Positions 26,941 through 41,925 of a DNA stretch of 64,000 bases are shown here, one piece after another. Under the pieces are notes generated by a model, which had not been told where the DNA came from, made no database searches, and saw nothing but the letters and a program-made list of their open reading frames with translations. The position numbers were made by a program, and so were the translations under genes. Position 1 is the first letter of the stretch; each line of letters begins with the position of its first letter. Location of the stretch: the NCBI RefSeq assembly GCF_006345805.1, contig NC_043003.1:57102001-57166000 (forward strand), in the 5' to 3' direction. This stretch comes from Octopus sinensis. Lineage: Eukaryota.

Positions 26941-28155
26941 ACAAACACACGCACAAACACACACACACACACACGTATTTATATACCGAAAAAATAACAC
27001 TCATGGATTTCGTTGAAGAAAATATGCGTTTAAACGGATATTTTCTTGAACGAAATCCTGCTGGTAATATGGGTATAAACAAAATGAATACTTCAAATAT
27101 GTGGCATCGGCAGTTTTACATTATTAGAACTATATTTACTTCAGAATATCATCTATCTTATCTATCTATCTATCTATTTTTCTATCTATCTACCCCCCAC
27201 ACATATAGATATATGTATATATATATACATAGAAAGAGAGAGAGAGTTATACACATGCATATGTAGGTGCATACGAGTGTGTGCATATATATATATATAT
27301 GTATATATAAATATATATATATGCAAAAATTCCCTGTATTATATATATACAGACATACACACACACACACACATATGTATGTATCTATGTTTCTATGTAT
27401 GTGTGTATGTATGTATACATGTATGTATTAAAGAGGTGATAGGTATAGAAATAAAAATGGGAAAACATGACGGATTGGTGATTTCATTCCCTCTAACAAC
27501 TTCTCTACACTCTCTCTCCCTCCCATTCTTTTTCTCCCTCACACAAGGATAGACATACACAAATACACAAATATCTGAATACATACACAAATACATACGC
27601 AAATATCACATACACATGTACATACGCGTACGCACGCACGCACACACGTGCACGTGCAAGAAACCAATGTTTCTCTCTACATCATGTGATTCCGCACTGT
27701 CACAAAATTTTCATTGATATCTTCAAATACATGACTTTCATAAGAAAATAAAGTGTATATTCAGTCCCGCTGTTTCACATATCCATTATATCCTTCGTTG
27801 CATATTACAATGTGCGCCATATATACCTGGGAAACATCGCTTACTAAAGAAAACATTCGTTTTAACATGTAGCATTGAAACACACCCTCATTTATATTAT
27901 TCCTGTTAGCGATTTTCGATTTTATTCTTTGGAATATGAAATATTCAGAAAGAGCAAAAAAAAAATAGGTTTAAATTTGGAAAAAATGAAATGTCCGGTG
28001 GGGAGGGGGTGTTCGTTGTTTTTTTCTTTCTTTTTTTGGTGTTTAGAATTTTGAAATATTCTTTCTCCTTCAATTTGCAGATCTGATGACAAGCATTAGG
28101 GGATTTACCGATTTAATATTTGTTTATTGCGTTCATGTGTGTGTATCTGTGTGCA

Positions 28156-28463
<308 letters not shown>

Positions 28464-29155
28464 GTGTGTATTGTAATTAATATTTCTCTAGTTTTCTTCT
28501 TTAACAGGACTCGCACCGTTCCTTTCACGTTTGCTTATTTCAGTTCCTAATTTACTCCCGTGTAATAATGTTCCTACCCTACCCTTATATTCACATCTAT
28601 TATACTCTGCACATGTCTTCAACAATCCTTTTGCCTTCCACTCGCACTTTCTTCCACCCACTCACATCTGCACTACTTTCATGCATATTTAATGCTTATA
28701 CACAACAACACATCATCCCACCCACGCTCCGATAAACTACACGACAATAATTCGTCACATGCAATATTTACGCGCATAAAGCCCCACTAAACCCGCATGT
28801 GCCACGATCAAAAGTGATTACTCTCCTATATTTTCTGATATATACCTACAACTCCCTATCTTAACTCTCTTAGCAGAACGGCATTCCCACCTCATTTCTA
28901 ACTCCTCGACATTACTTCTTTCTCTTTCACCAACTTGTGCTTCTCATGAAACCCATGCTTTTTCTTTTCTTATAGTGAAATACTAACGCCCGAATCGTTG
29001 AGCCGCATTCTTTCTCCATTAAATCCTTAAGGTGAATCCATATGTCTTAAATTTTGCTTCTCCTGTGTTGACGTTTTAACTCTCTATATTTCCTCCTTGC
29101 AATTTCAAATAAATTACTCTCAATCTCTCTCACTTTCTCTCTCTCTCTCTCTCTC

Positions 29156-29224
<69 letters not shown>

Positions 29225-29624
29225 ATACATATGTATGTTTGTGCGTATGTGTGTGTGTGCGTGTAGGGGGAAAAATTAGTGGGCTCGCTTTATAGCAGAA
29301 GAAACACTGATTACAAATCCTATAAACGTATAATTAATAGCTATGAATGTATTTTTTTAACAATTACTTCGTCTTATCAATTCAACCGCTGAAATCCATC
29401 ACCCTCACCCATTACCAATTACTACTTTTTCTCTTGTTTGTACGAAAACGTAACGTCACGAAGGAACGTTAAATGTTCGATCTTTGCCAAAGGCTTATAC
29501 GTTAACTTGAAGTTTGAGTCTTTCTAAACACAGGCCAAAATGCAATTGAATCGAATATGTATATGTGTGTATAGAAACATTGACTTTTGCGAAAAGAAAA
29601 TCTCACAGTACTGGCAAATGTAAT

Positions 29625-30105
29625 GCCGACCGTCATTGTTGACGACGACCAGTACATCATATGGGAGAAGATTGGCGACGGAGCGTTTGCCCGTGGCCGA
29701 TCAAGCTTACTGGTGCTCGGAAGGTTCTGCTGTAGTTCAGGAGCTGTTGGTCTGTTGGGAATGAAGGCAAGTAGTTGGATCTGGACTTGCGCAGCTCACG
29801 TTATGTTGGTGCTCCTGCAATCCTATTCTTTTCGAAAGAAGTGGCACTACATCAACTCTCAGTGAAAGCACTTCAGTGCGACACTGATTGTACCTTTGAA
29901 GCGGTTTTGCTGGACCCCACCTTGTGTATACATGCCTTCAAGCAATGCACTGTAAAAATCTTTTGAGTAGTCATGTGTCAGGCATTCGAACAACGTGGCT
30001 TACCTACCTGATCTCCTCAGCAATGTGTAAATGCTTAGCAGATCAGCTTGAGAGTGGAACTTCGGTTCACGGACTTTGTCTTGCCAGATTTTCAACAACT
30101 TTCTC
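29625..30105 (-). mobile_element. RTE-clade LINE 3' fragment
   Basis: Minus-strand peptide remnants SLRKLLKIWQDKV, SIYTLLRRS, HVVRMPDT.L.KRF and KRFKGTI, followed by an RTE-like 3' UTR (tggtcgtcgtcaacaatgacgg). Confidence 0.75.
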
Positions 30106-30544
30106 AGAGAAGAACTGACTAGTTGTTTTTTTTTTTCTTCATCCAAACATATGCATGAAACGCACTTACATCCGAACATATGTATCGAATTTACTCGCAT
30201 GCAATCCTATATAAGAAATACATTTCAGGTATTCTTTTTTCAAAGTCCTCAAAAATGGATCTCACATAGATTTTCTTTTCTTTACTATGTTTCACACTTT
30301 ATTGGTTAACTTACACAAGATTTTCAAAAGAAGAATATTAGTAACAAGTTTACGTTTTAATTTCGATCCAGCTATAACATTTCCAACATTAAATTTTGAT
30401 CAATCGCCACCAAAATGTTTACCATTATTGGTTATATATACATGTCTCTTTTATTTTTTAATTATCATAAATCTTCCACTGAGGAGGAATCCGGTTTCCA
30501 ACAAAGATAAAAGACTCCATCTTTGGGATGTAGTTAACACAGAC

Positions 30545-30940
30545 AAATTCATATTTGGAACTTGGAAAAAGTCTTGCATATTTTTACTGTTCCACTCACA
30601 GCTTACACTTGTGATGTACGAATCAATAATGCACGAATCAGCTAGTCAGTTTCTCTTTCTGAACATCCCGGTTTATCCAGAGACTCCTTTAAGCATTCAC
30701 TAACAAAACCTAGTGCTCCAATAATTATTGGTATGAATATGAATTCATAGTCAGAATAGAGAAGCTGGCCGTTTCGAAGCAGTTGTCCATAGATAACCCC
30801 TTTTTCTTTGATTTTCAAAGAGATATTCAAATCTGCAGGGCCGCTAACCGTTCTGGTGATACATACCATTCTCCCTCTGTCCCAAACAACAATCTCCGGC
30901 CTGTTATGCTTACATTTGACAGACATTTTGATGTGAATAT
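30545..30940 (-). mobile_element. 3' fragment of RLE-type non-LTR element (family 2)
   Basis: ORF KHNRPEIVVWDR...GPADLNISLKIKEKGVIYGQLLRN.QLLYSDYEFIFIPIIIGALG has a PD-(D/E)xK-like endonuclease C-terminus. Confidence 0.8.
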
Positions 30941-31399
30941 TTCACTAGCATTCCTTGAGTTGGTGTTTATGAATGTATTTCGAAGTTAATTTCAGAAAGT
31001 CTTTTTTGCGGATGGCATTGTAAATTGTTTTAGCAACAAAATCGTGCAACATAGGGAGGCAGTACCGTGAGGACATTTTAGAACAACTGTATGTATGAAT
31101 GTCCATATGCATATACGTATGTATATATGTATGTCTATCTGTATGTATGTATGTATGTATGCATGTATGTATGTATGTATGTATGTATGTATGTATGTAT
31201 GTATGTATGTATGTATGTATGTATGTATGTATTTAAATATGTATTATGTAATTATGTATGTATGCATTTTTGTATGAATGTATGTATGAATATTTGTGTT
31301 TTTAGTTTTTAGTTATTTGTATTCTTCCTTTGAAGAAAGAGATGGCTTCCGACAAAGATACAAAACTCCATCGTTAGAGTGTACATAACGAAAACAATG

Positions 31400-31605
31400 T
31401 ACGCTTTAAAACTTAGGAAATTCTTGCAGAGTTTTACTGTTATACTTACAGCTAGCATTTGTAGTGTGCCAGTCAGTTTGATTGATTTTTCTTTCTGAAA
31501 ATCCAAGATTATCCAGGCTAACAAGTAAGAAATTCACTTACAAAACCAAGTGCACCAATTATTGTTGGTATAAATGTAAATTTGTAATCTGAATATAGAA
31601 GCTGT
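31400..31605 (-). mobile_element. Third 3' fragment of RLE family 2
   Basis: Translates QLLYSDYKFTFIPTIIGALGFVSE...LQMLAVSITVKLCKNFLSF. Confidence 0.75.
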
Positions 31606-31995
31606 ATGTATGTAAGTATTTTTGCTTGTGTATATGCTTGTATTTGTGTATATATATTTTAATTATAAAAATGTCAAATTTCACTAAATATTACTGGAGC
31701 TTCTATATTGCTGGAGACAAGATATATGATTGCAGATATATAGATACATACAGGCATACACACACACACACACACATACACACACACATACACACATATT
31801 AGATACACATAGGCCGATAAGTCGGTAGGTAGGAAGATAGGTAGATAGGTAGGTAGGTAGGTAGGTAGGTAGGTAGGTAGGTAGGTAGGTAGGTAGGTAA
31901 GTAGGGAAGCTGGAAAGTAGGTCCGTACGTACGTATAGGCGTACGTACGTAGTAAAATAAGTAGATTGGAAGGTTGGTAAGTGGTAGATAGATAA

Positions 31996-32058
<63 letters not shown>

Positions 32059-33003
32059 TTTACAATCTATATCAAGACACTCGTATCAACAGATACTTGA
32101 GAGTACGATAGAAAAATAGAGAGTGGGAAAGAGAGATAGAACGAAAGCAAGAAAGGAGGAAACAAAGAAAGAGAGAGAGAGAGAGAGAGAGCGAGAGAAC
32201 GAAAGGGACTGGGAAATATTTATAAAGATACATTGATAGAGTTCTGTAGCTTATTTACTTTCCATATTAATATACAATATATCATTTTTCAAGAGATTTT
32301 GCAGAATGTCAGATAGCATACTATAACATATGAGATACAACTTGGTATTTGAAACTAAATTTCGAAAATATATTTCTGGAAGATATGCCACATACACAAC
32401 CTATCTTAGTAACTTATAGATGTGTTCTCTGATACGCTTACGCATACATACATACCCGTATATAGAGTTTCCCCCTTCGATCTAACCTCTATATACAGAC
32501 GCTTATGTGCCTTTGAGTATGTACATATACATATATAAATATATATATATATTCATATACAGAGATATATGTACAAATTTATACTCACATGTGCATAGAT
32601 GTGCAATTTAGATGGTTAGATAAGGAGATATATTATGTTTGATCAGATTCCTATGTGTGCGTGTGAATGCGCGAATCTGCGTCTAGGAAAGTGTGCGTGC
32701 GTGTGTATGTGTGTGTGCGCGCGTGTGTATGTGTGTGCGCGTGTGTGTGTTGAAATCCCTTTGTACCGTGAAGTTAGTTACATGCATGTTCAATTACATT
32801 AAGCAAGTCATATACATATTCTATTTTTCAAAAGTATATTTATATATTTTTATTTTCAATATTTTACATTATGTTACGTACTAGCATATTGAATGGTAAA
32901 TATATGTAAGCCTAACCATGTACGAATGCGTATGCATACATACGGATATATATTCATACACATGAATACATATATACACACATACATACATATATACATA
33001 TAT

Positions 33004-33094
<91 letters not shown>

Positions 33095-34451
33095 GGTGAG
33101 CATATATGTGCTCATATATATATATATTAAAATGAAATGTGCTATGCGGGTAGAATTTTTTTCCAACATTTTACTGAACGATAGATATGAGAAAATATCA
33201 GATGTAATCTGAGATTTGTAACCAAATCTGAACATACTTTGGCTATAATTTGATAAATATCATTGCATATCTTACAGACGGTAGATGATATCCACATATA
33301 AAACCCTCATTCATATTACATATCACCAATACACACACGGATGCGCACTGAAACACACACACAAGTTATATACATAAGGATACATACTCGCACACAAATA
33401 CGTACATAATATCACGTAGAAATAAAATGCTTGCGTGTATCCGCTTGCACACATACAGAGAAATATGTTTAATATATAAGTACGTATGTAGATGTGTTTG
33501 TATATATATATATATATCTTATAAAGCTATTGCTTGAACTAGTGACTGAGTCGTAGAGCAATCGCAGAGCAATCCATGATTAAATATCTCGCATAGATGA
33601 AATGAAATGTACTCGCTACCTTCATGAGCTTTTATCTAATACATATCTTTATCATCACATCTATTCACAAATATATATATATATATATATGTTTATGTTT
33701 ATGTATGCGTGTGTTTATATATACGTGTGTGGATGGGAATTCTGAGATATATAGGCGTAGAGATATGCATGCGTATGTCCATTATTTAGTTTCATTCGTA
33801 TAATGTAATGCACTGCATTTCTATCGTGTAATAAAATAGATTCATTTTTCGTTGTCTTTTCCTGATCGTGGTAGAAGTAGTTAATTATTGTATTATGTGA
33901 CCTCACGCATGTAAATCCGCTGGAAACTTAGATTCTCTATTCTGTTTTATTTAAGAGAAATTGTTGTCTTTTTCTCCCAGAATCGTTATTAATTTCTAAT
34001 ATAAAACATGGAGTGAAAATTGAGTTCGTGCGAAAATTCAGTAAAATTTTATTGTAAAGGCTGTGTTAGTTACGTCCATAATAATAAACAATTCAACTTT
34101 TGCTTAGATAGATTGGCCCTCATCAAATTGATAATACACTAACTTTTGTAAAATCGTCTATGAAGCTACTGTAAACTAATAATGATGTAAATGAACGTTC
34201 CTAAAATAGGCAACGGGCCAGGAATTTAGTCTGATGGGTAGTCGATTAAATCGAACCAATATTTGGCTGGTAATTTACTTGATCCACTCCAAAAGGATGA
34301 AAGTTCTGCTGGATTCTGGAGATTTAAACGCGCAATGCAAATTACTAACACAAATACCACAACGCACTTATCGTTCTGCGCTAACGATTTTTCTGTGAAT
34401 CAAACGCTCTCTATATTTGTAATAATAATTAATAATGTTACTATTGTTATC

Positions 34452-34929
34452 ATCAATTCAAATTTCGGCACCGGGCCAGCGGAGAGTTTTTGAAGGAATG
34501 GGGAAGACGATTACATCGAACCCAGTACTTGACTAGTAGTTATTTTATCGACCCTGAAAGAATAAAAGTAAAAAAAAAAATCGACCTCCGTGGTATTTGA
34601 GTTATATGAACGTAAAAATGGACGAAATACCGTTAAAGGTTTTACTCGACGTGCTAACGGTTCTTATTTCTTTAATAAGGAGCTAAACATAGAGGGGACA
34701 AGCAAGGACAGACAAAAGCATTAAGTCGATTTCATCGACCCCAGTTCGTAACTGGTACTTAATTTATTGACCCCGAAACGATGAAAGGCAAAGTCGACTT
34801 TGGCGGAATTTGAACTCAGAACGTATCATCGATGTAGGTTGTGATGGAATTTGAAATCAGAACGCAATGAAGCGGAAACAATGCTATAAAGCACCCAGTT
34901 TGACATCGTAACTATAGCCATCCACCGCC
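34452..34929 (-). mobile_element. Two adjacent SINE family A copies (34452-34665 and 34666-34929)
   Basis: Reverse-strand core motifs occur twice; the second copy has the long tail. Confidence 0.75.
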
Positions 34930-34984
34930 CTGTGTGAAGGGCAAAGACAAAATTGATGTAGTTCGAAATAGGATTCCTTTATTC

Positions 34985-35703
34985 TTTTATCCTTTTACTT
35001 GTTTCAGTCATTTGACTGCGGTCATGCTGGATCACTGACTTGAAGGGTTTTTTTAGTCGAACAAATCAAACCTCAGACTAATTTTTTAAACCTGGTACTA
35101 TTTCTATCGGTCTCTTAGATAGAACCGCTAAGTTACGAGGACGTAAACACATCAATACAGGTTGTCAAGTGGTGATGAAGACACAAAGACAACGCAGAAA
35201 CATACAGGCAAGTGGGAGCTCGGAACCATGACGTTAAGAAACAAACTTCTTATTTCTTTATTGCCCAAAAGGTGCTAAACGTAGAGGGGACAAGTAAAGA
35301 TAGATAAAGGGATTATGTCGATTACATCGACCCCACTGCGTGACTGGTACTTAATTTATCGGCCCCGAAAGGATGAAAGGCAAAGTCGACCTCGGTGGAA
35401 TTTGATCTCAGAACGTAGCGGCAGCCGAAATACCTATTTCTTTACTACCCAAAAGGGTCCAAACACAGAGGGGATAAACAAGGACAGACAAACGGATCAA
35501 GTCGATTATATCAACCCCAGTACGTAACTGGTACTTAATTTATCGACCCTGAAAGGATAAAAGGAAAAGTCGACCTCGGCGGAATTTGAATTCAGAACGT
35601 AGCGGTAGACGAAATACCGCTAAGCATTTTGCCCGGCCTGCTTAGTTTCTACCACCTCACCGCCTTCTTGCCACACCTTTTGCCACACAGCCACATCTGC
35701 GCC
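34985..35703 (-). mobile_element. SINE family B interrupted in its head by a family A dimer
   Basis: B tail at 34985-35170 and partial head to 35249. The head resumes after 35664 (ccacacagccacatctgcgcc). Confidence 0.7.
35250..35664 (-). mobile_element. Dimeric head-to-tail SINE family A
   Basis: Same junction as at 4808/4991 (plus strand gaaatac|ctatttc, ~35433). Confidence 0.9.
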
Positions 35704-36337
35704 TAATGCAGGCGGTTGTAACTATTACCTTGTGCAATTCTGTTCGATGATCGTAAAAATACTCTTATTCGCTACCAGTCAAATCATTTACCACTATTGA
35801 CTGCGAAAGCGAGAGTAAAACTTCAGTGAAGCATAACTACGCTACACCATCCATCTTTGGCTGAAGTATGTCGGAAGTGTTTGGACTTTTCAGCAAGAAA
35901 ATATTGACAGTAGCCATTCTGGAAAAAATTATCTTGTGTGTTCTTAATTTTAAAGTACACGAGGTTGTTTTACTGAATGGCTATCCTCAATATATCGTAC
36001 TGTAGAGTTCAAGAAATCCATACATGCTGCAGCCATCTGCTTTAGAATGGAACAACTTTTTCCGTCGTGTTACAAATTTGCAGAACTATGGATGACAATT
36101 ATCTGTTTCTGAAGTTGCTCTGCTTTCCTGGATATATAGATATAATATAGGCAGACAAAAAAGCTAAGACGAAGAACAAAAACTCGATGTATAAAGCAGC
36201 TGTGGAGAAAATTCTCGTATGTAGGTCTGAATCTTAAACTACCTGTATGTTATTTCACTCATCGTAAGTTGGAAATATATTACAAGATATATCTCAGAAA
36301 TATCATGATGATCTATTCGCACAACAGATGATGGTGG

Positions 36338-36653
36338 AAGCACTCCGTCGGTTACGACGATGAGGGTTCCGGTTGATCCGAATCAACGGAACAGCCTGCT
36401 CGTGAAATTAACGTGTAAGTGGCTGAGCACTCCACAGACACGTGCACCCTTAACGTAGTTCTCGGGGATATTCAGCGTGACACAGAGAGTGACAAGGCCG
36501 GCCCCTTGAAATACAGGTACAACAGAAACAGGAAGTAAGAGTGAGAGAAAGTTGTGGTAAAAGAGTACAGCAGGGATCACCACCATCCCCTGCCGGAGCC
36601 TCGTGGAGCTTTTAGGTGTTTTCGCTCAATAAACACTCACAACGCCCGGTCTG
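36338..36653 (-). mobile_element. SINE family C core with family D-type tail (5'-truncated)
   Basis: Shares agctccac..ggctcc..ccacaactttctctcactc with 37718 and 49388, and shares its tail (gagcaggctgttccgttgat) with 47327. Confidence 0.85.
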
Positions 36654-37282
36654 ACAACAGATGATATCAGTGTACTGGAACAAGCTAATATATTCTAGAT
36701 TGAAGTTAGCAATAAGCGACACCAGCTTCCATAAACAAGCATCGTAATTTGAATGCTCGGCCATTGCTTTCTGAAGCCACCACTTTGTCCACAGCTGCAG
36801 GAAAGTCAACTCACACAATAAGGTAAAGTACTCGGTTTACGGTCGTATTTAACGGTAATCTAAAAATATGAGACGACAACATATGCAAATTTAAATCATT
36901 GGTGACGAACCGGAATTAGGGAATTACAGTGATATTGTAGTAAATTAGCAATTTGCATATTTCCAGTAAATATATGCATGTATTCTTTTCCACACAATAG
37001 TTGTAATACAACAATTAGTATATAGAGAGTTGGTATACTGAAAGCAAAGGAGATAAGTATAATAATATCAGTCTTCTACCTTAAGAGACCAGTCGACAGA
37101 GAGAGAAATGGAAGCCATTCTGTCATACATACGTACATGCATGCATGCATGCATACATATATACATGCGCACATACGTACGGACGGATGAACCGATGGAG
37201 GGACGTATAAATGTAACATAGCATTGTTAATACTACATTTGGTCTAACCGGATAGTATCCGAGCACAAATCATTCACTAAAA

Positions 37283-37487
37283 TTCCTTTCTGGTGTAGGC
37301 GCAAGGCCGGAAATTTGGTGCGAGAAGCTAGTCGATTTCATCGCTTGACTGGTAGTTATTTTATCGTATCGGAAAGGACGAATCGCAAAGACGACCTCCG
37401 CGGCGGAATTTGAACTCTGAATATAATGATGGACAAATGCCGCAAAGCATTTTCCCCTGCGTGCTATCGGCTGAGCCAGCTCACCGC
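37283..37487 (-). mobile_element. SINE family A (diverged)
   Basis: ggcggaatttgaactctgaa and gcaaggcc tail on the reverse strand. Confidence 0.75.
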
Positions 37488-37503
37488 TGTTTTGAAAATT
37501 ATG

Positions 37504-37540
<37 letters not shown>

Positions 37541-37717
37541 GCACACACATGTGTGTGTGTGCATGTATGTATGTATGTATCTATCTATCTTTCTGTATGT
37601 ATATGTGTCTGTGAATGTGTGGGTGGATACATACACACACACACACACACACACAATCACACAGCATATACTGTGTGCGTGCGAACAAATATAAATAACT
37701 ATACAAATATATATGTA

Positions 37718-38020
37718 GATGCACATGGCCTAGTGGTTAGAGCAGCGGACACGCGGTCGAGGGATCGCGGGTTCGAATCTGAGACCGGGCGATGTGTGTG
37801 TTTATGAGCGAGACACCTGAGCTCCATGCGGCTCCTGCAGAAGATAATGGCGAACTTCTGCTGACTCTTTCGCCACAACTTTCTCTCCTCACACTTTCCT
37901 CATGCATCTTGCAGCTTACCTACGACGGACCGGCGTCCCGTCCAGGTGGGGAACGTATACGCCAAGGAAACCGGGAAACCGGCTCGATGAGCCAGGCATG
38001 GCTTGAGAAGGAACAATCAA
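37718..38020 (+). mobile_element. tRNA-derived SINE family C (full length)
   Basis: Strong A box (tggcctagtggttagagc) and B box (gggttcgaatc); homologous to 48092-48393 and 63018-63180. Confidence 0.9.
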
Positions 38021-38266
38021 TAGAAATATATATATATATAATTACTTTGCTAACTTTTATAGGTTTTGGCCAGTATCTAAAATTGGTCATTCCAAGTATC
38101 ATACTTTTAGATTCTACTGGATTTTAATCACAAGGTATTGGAATCTAATATGAATAATATAAAGGCAATATCCCTGTATATCTCAACTCTATTTTCATTC
38201 CTCCACGTCACTCTCTCTTTTTGTATCTTACCTAAATTAACTATTGCTTAACCATCTTCTCACACC

Positions 38267-38314
38267 GTCTCCGATGAAGGGATATAATAAATATCCTGGA
38301 AACAGCTGTAAGAC
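38267..38314 (+). ncRNA. Minimal type I hammerhead ribozyme motif (Penelope-type, U4C core variant)
   Basis: gtct | ccgatga | agggatat-aataa-atatcctg | gaaa | cagctg | ta | agac. Helix I is gtct/agac, helix II is present, helix III has a palindromic loop, and the predicted GUA cleavage is after 38310. Confidence 0.6.
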
Positions 38315-38375
38315 CTACTTATAAATGTTCTAAAATCTTCACAGACTTGTTTTTTTATATCATTCTGAAAACAAT

Positions 38376-38410
<35 letters not shown>

Positions 38411-38429
38411 ATGTGGAATATATGTCTTT

Positions 38430-38480
<51 letters not shown>

Positions 38481-38580
38481 CATATATGTACATACATTTA
38501 TATATATGTGTGTGATTGTGTGTGTGTATGTGTATGCATCTTCCCACACATTCACAGACACATATACATACAGAAAGATA

Positions 38581-38690
<110 letters not shown>

Positions 38691-39382
38691 AAGAAAGATG
38701 TGCTCTCCAGTCTCAAGTTAAGCTATTCATAGTTAAAATCTCGCTTATAACGTCATATGAAAACAAAAACAAACGGATCTTGGAACAACACAACCAGCAC
38801 AAATACATATAAATGCGTATATGCATATAAGAACACGTTATATATCACCAGCACGACTACACCACTTAAACGCACGTATTCATACAAAAAGAGGAAAACA
38901 AATTTCTACAAGAATATTTCAAGAACTGCTTGATCGATACTGGGGACTTTTATTTAAAGACGACTGTACTTATTTCGCGTCTTCATAGAATATTGTATGG
39001 AGTTTTTCTTTTCTCTTTGTACATATGCTGGAAACGAAAAACTAAAAACATTTGAACAAAATAAAAGTTAACGTGCAATCCAGTATCATAGAAGTGTTGG
39101 ATTTCAAAGAAGGAAACAAAAAACAGAAAACAAAATTTGAAGGACCTTTTCGAGAATTCAAGAAAATCTGACTTCTATCCGTCTATATATATACAAATAA
39201 ACATACATACATATGTGTGCTTATGTTTATGTTAGTGTGTGTGCGTGTGCGCGTGTGTTTATGTTAGTGTGTGTGCCTGTGCGTGTCTATAGATGTATAT
39301 ACATATATATATATATATATATTATATATACTAACCTGTTATATATATATATACTAACCTGTTATATATATATATATTATAT

Positions 39383-39422
<40 letters not shown>

Positions 39423-39480
39423 ATATATATATATATATATATATATACTGTTATATTATACATACATATATATATACATA

Positions 39481-39516
<36 letters not shown>

Positions 39517-39940
39517 TAGGCGAAAATATCTTCTGTATTTTGCATCTCATGTGAGACTTGTTAAATTTATCTTTTATACATTTTTTCTTTTCTTTCTTTC
39601 TGTCTCTCTCAGCACGCGTGTGCGTGTGTGTGTTTGAGTATGCATAATTGTGAAATGTTTTGAGTGTTACAGTTTGAAGACAGAAGTAGAGTGATTGGTG
39701 CAGGAACTACAGAAAAGAAATAATGAGTTGGAGATGTGAGGTGAGAGACAAAAAATCAGGCCGAGAGAGAGAGGGGTCGGAGAGAAGAAAAAGAGAGAGT
39801 GAGACTGACATACAGTCAAACAGATACGGAGACACAGCGAGACACAGATTGAGAATAGGAATAGAAATAAAGACGGAACGGACGTGGAAGAAAGGTGGAG
39901 AGTTTGAGAAAGAGGAAGAAGGAAGAGAAGAAGAAGACAA

Positions 39941-39987
<47 letters not shown>

Positions 39988-40286
39988 CTTTGTTATTGAA
40001 CTGAACTGCTGCAGACATCAATGGTTTAGGTTGAATTGAAAATTTTTCGCAATGCTTGACAGAGTGGTTCCGACTTGAGACTGTCTGTTATAAATATAAA
40101 TACATATATATATATTATATATATAATATATATATAACATAGAAATACATGCAGACGTGCATATACGTACATATATACATACATATTTACATACATATAT
40201 ATATATGTATATATATATGTGTGTATATATATATATATTATTATATATATATATGCATTCATATATATGTGTGTGTATATGAACTT

Positions 40287-40338
<52 letters not shown>

Positions 40339-40339
40339 G

Positions 40340-40385
<46 letters not shown>

Positions 40386-40749
40386 CGTCTCTGAGTTTAT
40401 ACACCTGCGCATATCTACGGTTTTGTCTGTGTATGTGTTTGCATGTTTATGTGGGTGCACGCGAGATGATTTCAACAGGAGGCAACGACGCATACTACCA
40501 CTCGGAAGTTCATGTATAACGGCTCAATTTTTTTGAAAATTCGCTTTGAAATCGCAAAGACCCGAGTTAGATGCCGGTGCGTGTCATTTTGAGCAAATAA
40601 CTTCTTACCATACTTTCATTTTGCTCACTGCCTTGTGACTGACACTGGTTAGAAAACATCTTGGAAATCTGTCGAATCAACCATGTTCGGTATTCGAAAA
40701 GGCTAATCATATAACATCGTGCGTTATGTTAATATTGACTAAGTACTCA

Positions 40750-40890
40750 ACAGAGCTCTGCACGACGTGGCACACTGGTGTGCCACGAGACGATGCTAGG
40801 TGTGGTGCAGTGTGAACTGAATATAATTTGCCTCTGAATTCTTTTAGTTATAATTTTAGATTTGGTGTGCCACCGAACTTTGAAAAGAAT
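40750..40890. mobile_element. Possible hAT-type MITE end fragment
   Basis: cagagctc...gtggcacactggtgtgccacgag and a repeated ggtgtgcc motif resemble hAT MITE subterminal repeats; no second TIR found. Confidence 0.3.
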
Positions 40891-40920
40891 ATATATACTC
40901 TTTTTCTTTTTTTTTTTACT

Positions 40921-41305
40921 CTTTTTTACTTGTTTCAGTCATTTGACTGCGGCCATGCTGGAGCACCGCCTTTAGTCGAGCAAATCGACCCCGGGACTTA
41001 TTCTTTTGTAAGCCCAGTACTTATTCTATCGGTCTATTTTGCCGAACCGCTAAGTTACGGGGACGTAAACACACCAGCATCGGTTGTCAAGCAATGCTAG
41101 GGGAACAAACACAGACACACAAACATAAACACACACATACATATATATATATACATATATACGACAGGCTTCTTTCAGTTTCCGTCTACCAAATCCACTC
41201 ACAAGGCTTTGGTCGGCCCGAGGCTATAGCAGAAGACAGTTGCCCAAGGTGCCACGCAGTGGGACTGAACCCGGAACCATGTGGTTGGTTAGCAAGCTAC
41301 TTACA
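40921..41305 (-). mobile_element. SINE family B (near full length)
   Basis: Clear reverse complement of 5706-6117. Confidence 0.9.
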
Positions 41306-41739
41306 GCAAGTGAAAAAAGGTTACGGAGCACTGGTATACAGCATGTTCATGTTTGTAGAACATCATCCCAATTATAATTTTATAATTCAATGAATTATTA
41401 GCTCACTTCATTAAAAAAAAAAAACTGGAACAATTACTCATAGTCGAAACCAACGAATCTCCATTTACTTTATTAGCCCGCGCGTATCCCGATCCATCAA
41501 ACATGATTGTGGTTTTGTTGTCACGTCTTACAAAATATGATTCACCCATGGCTGGAAGTTTCGTCAGTCTTTTCCATTATGGAAAAAGAAAAGAAGTAAA
41601 CGATACAGAAAAAGAAACGACAAAATTTCAATCCCGTGTGAAAAGAGTCGATTACTTTTTGCATTCTTCGGAATTGCAGCTAAGCCGCCCATGATACTAA
41701 TAATAACATTAATAATAATGAGAAGGTCCGTGATGCTAA

Positions 41740-41776
41740 TGATCATGATTATGACGATAACAACAACAACAACAAC

Positions 41777-41826
<50 letters not shown>

Positions 41827-41925
41827 TAATAATATTAATAATAATAATAGTAATAATAATGGTGGTGGAGATGATGATGATGATGATGGTGGTGATGATG
41901 ATGATGATGATGATGATAATTCGGA
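41740..41925. repeat. (CAA)(TAA)(GAT)n compound trinucleotide tract
   Basis: Direct inspection. Confidence 0.9.

Noticed and set aside
28530-29100. Pyrimidine-rich tract as another Penelope-like fragment
   Set aside because: The composition is similar to 26455-26940, but I found no hammerhead or protein motif to support the call.
37718-37790. tRNA gene
   Set aside because: It has good A/B boxes but continues into a SINE body repeated at 48092 and 63018, so it is a tRNA-derived SINE head.
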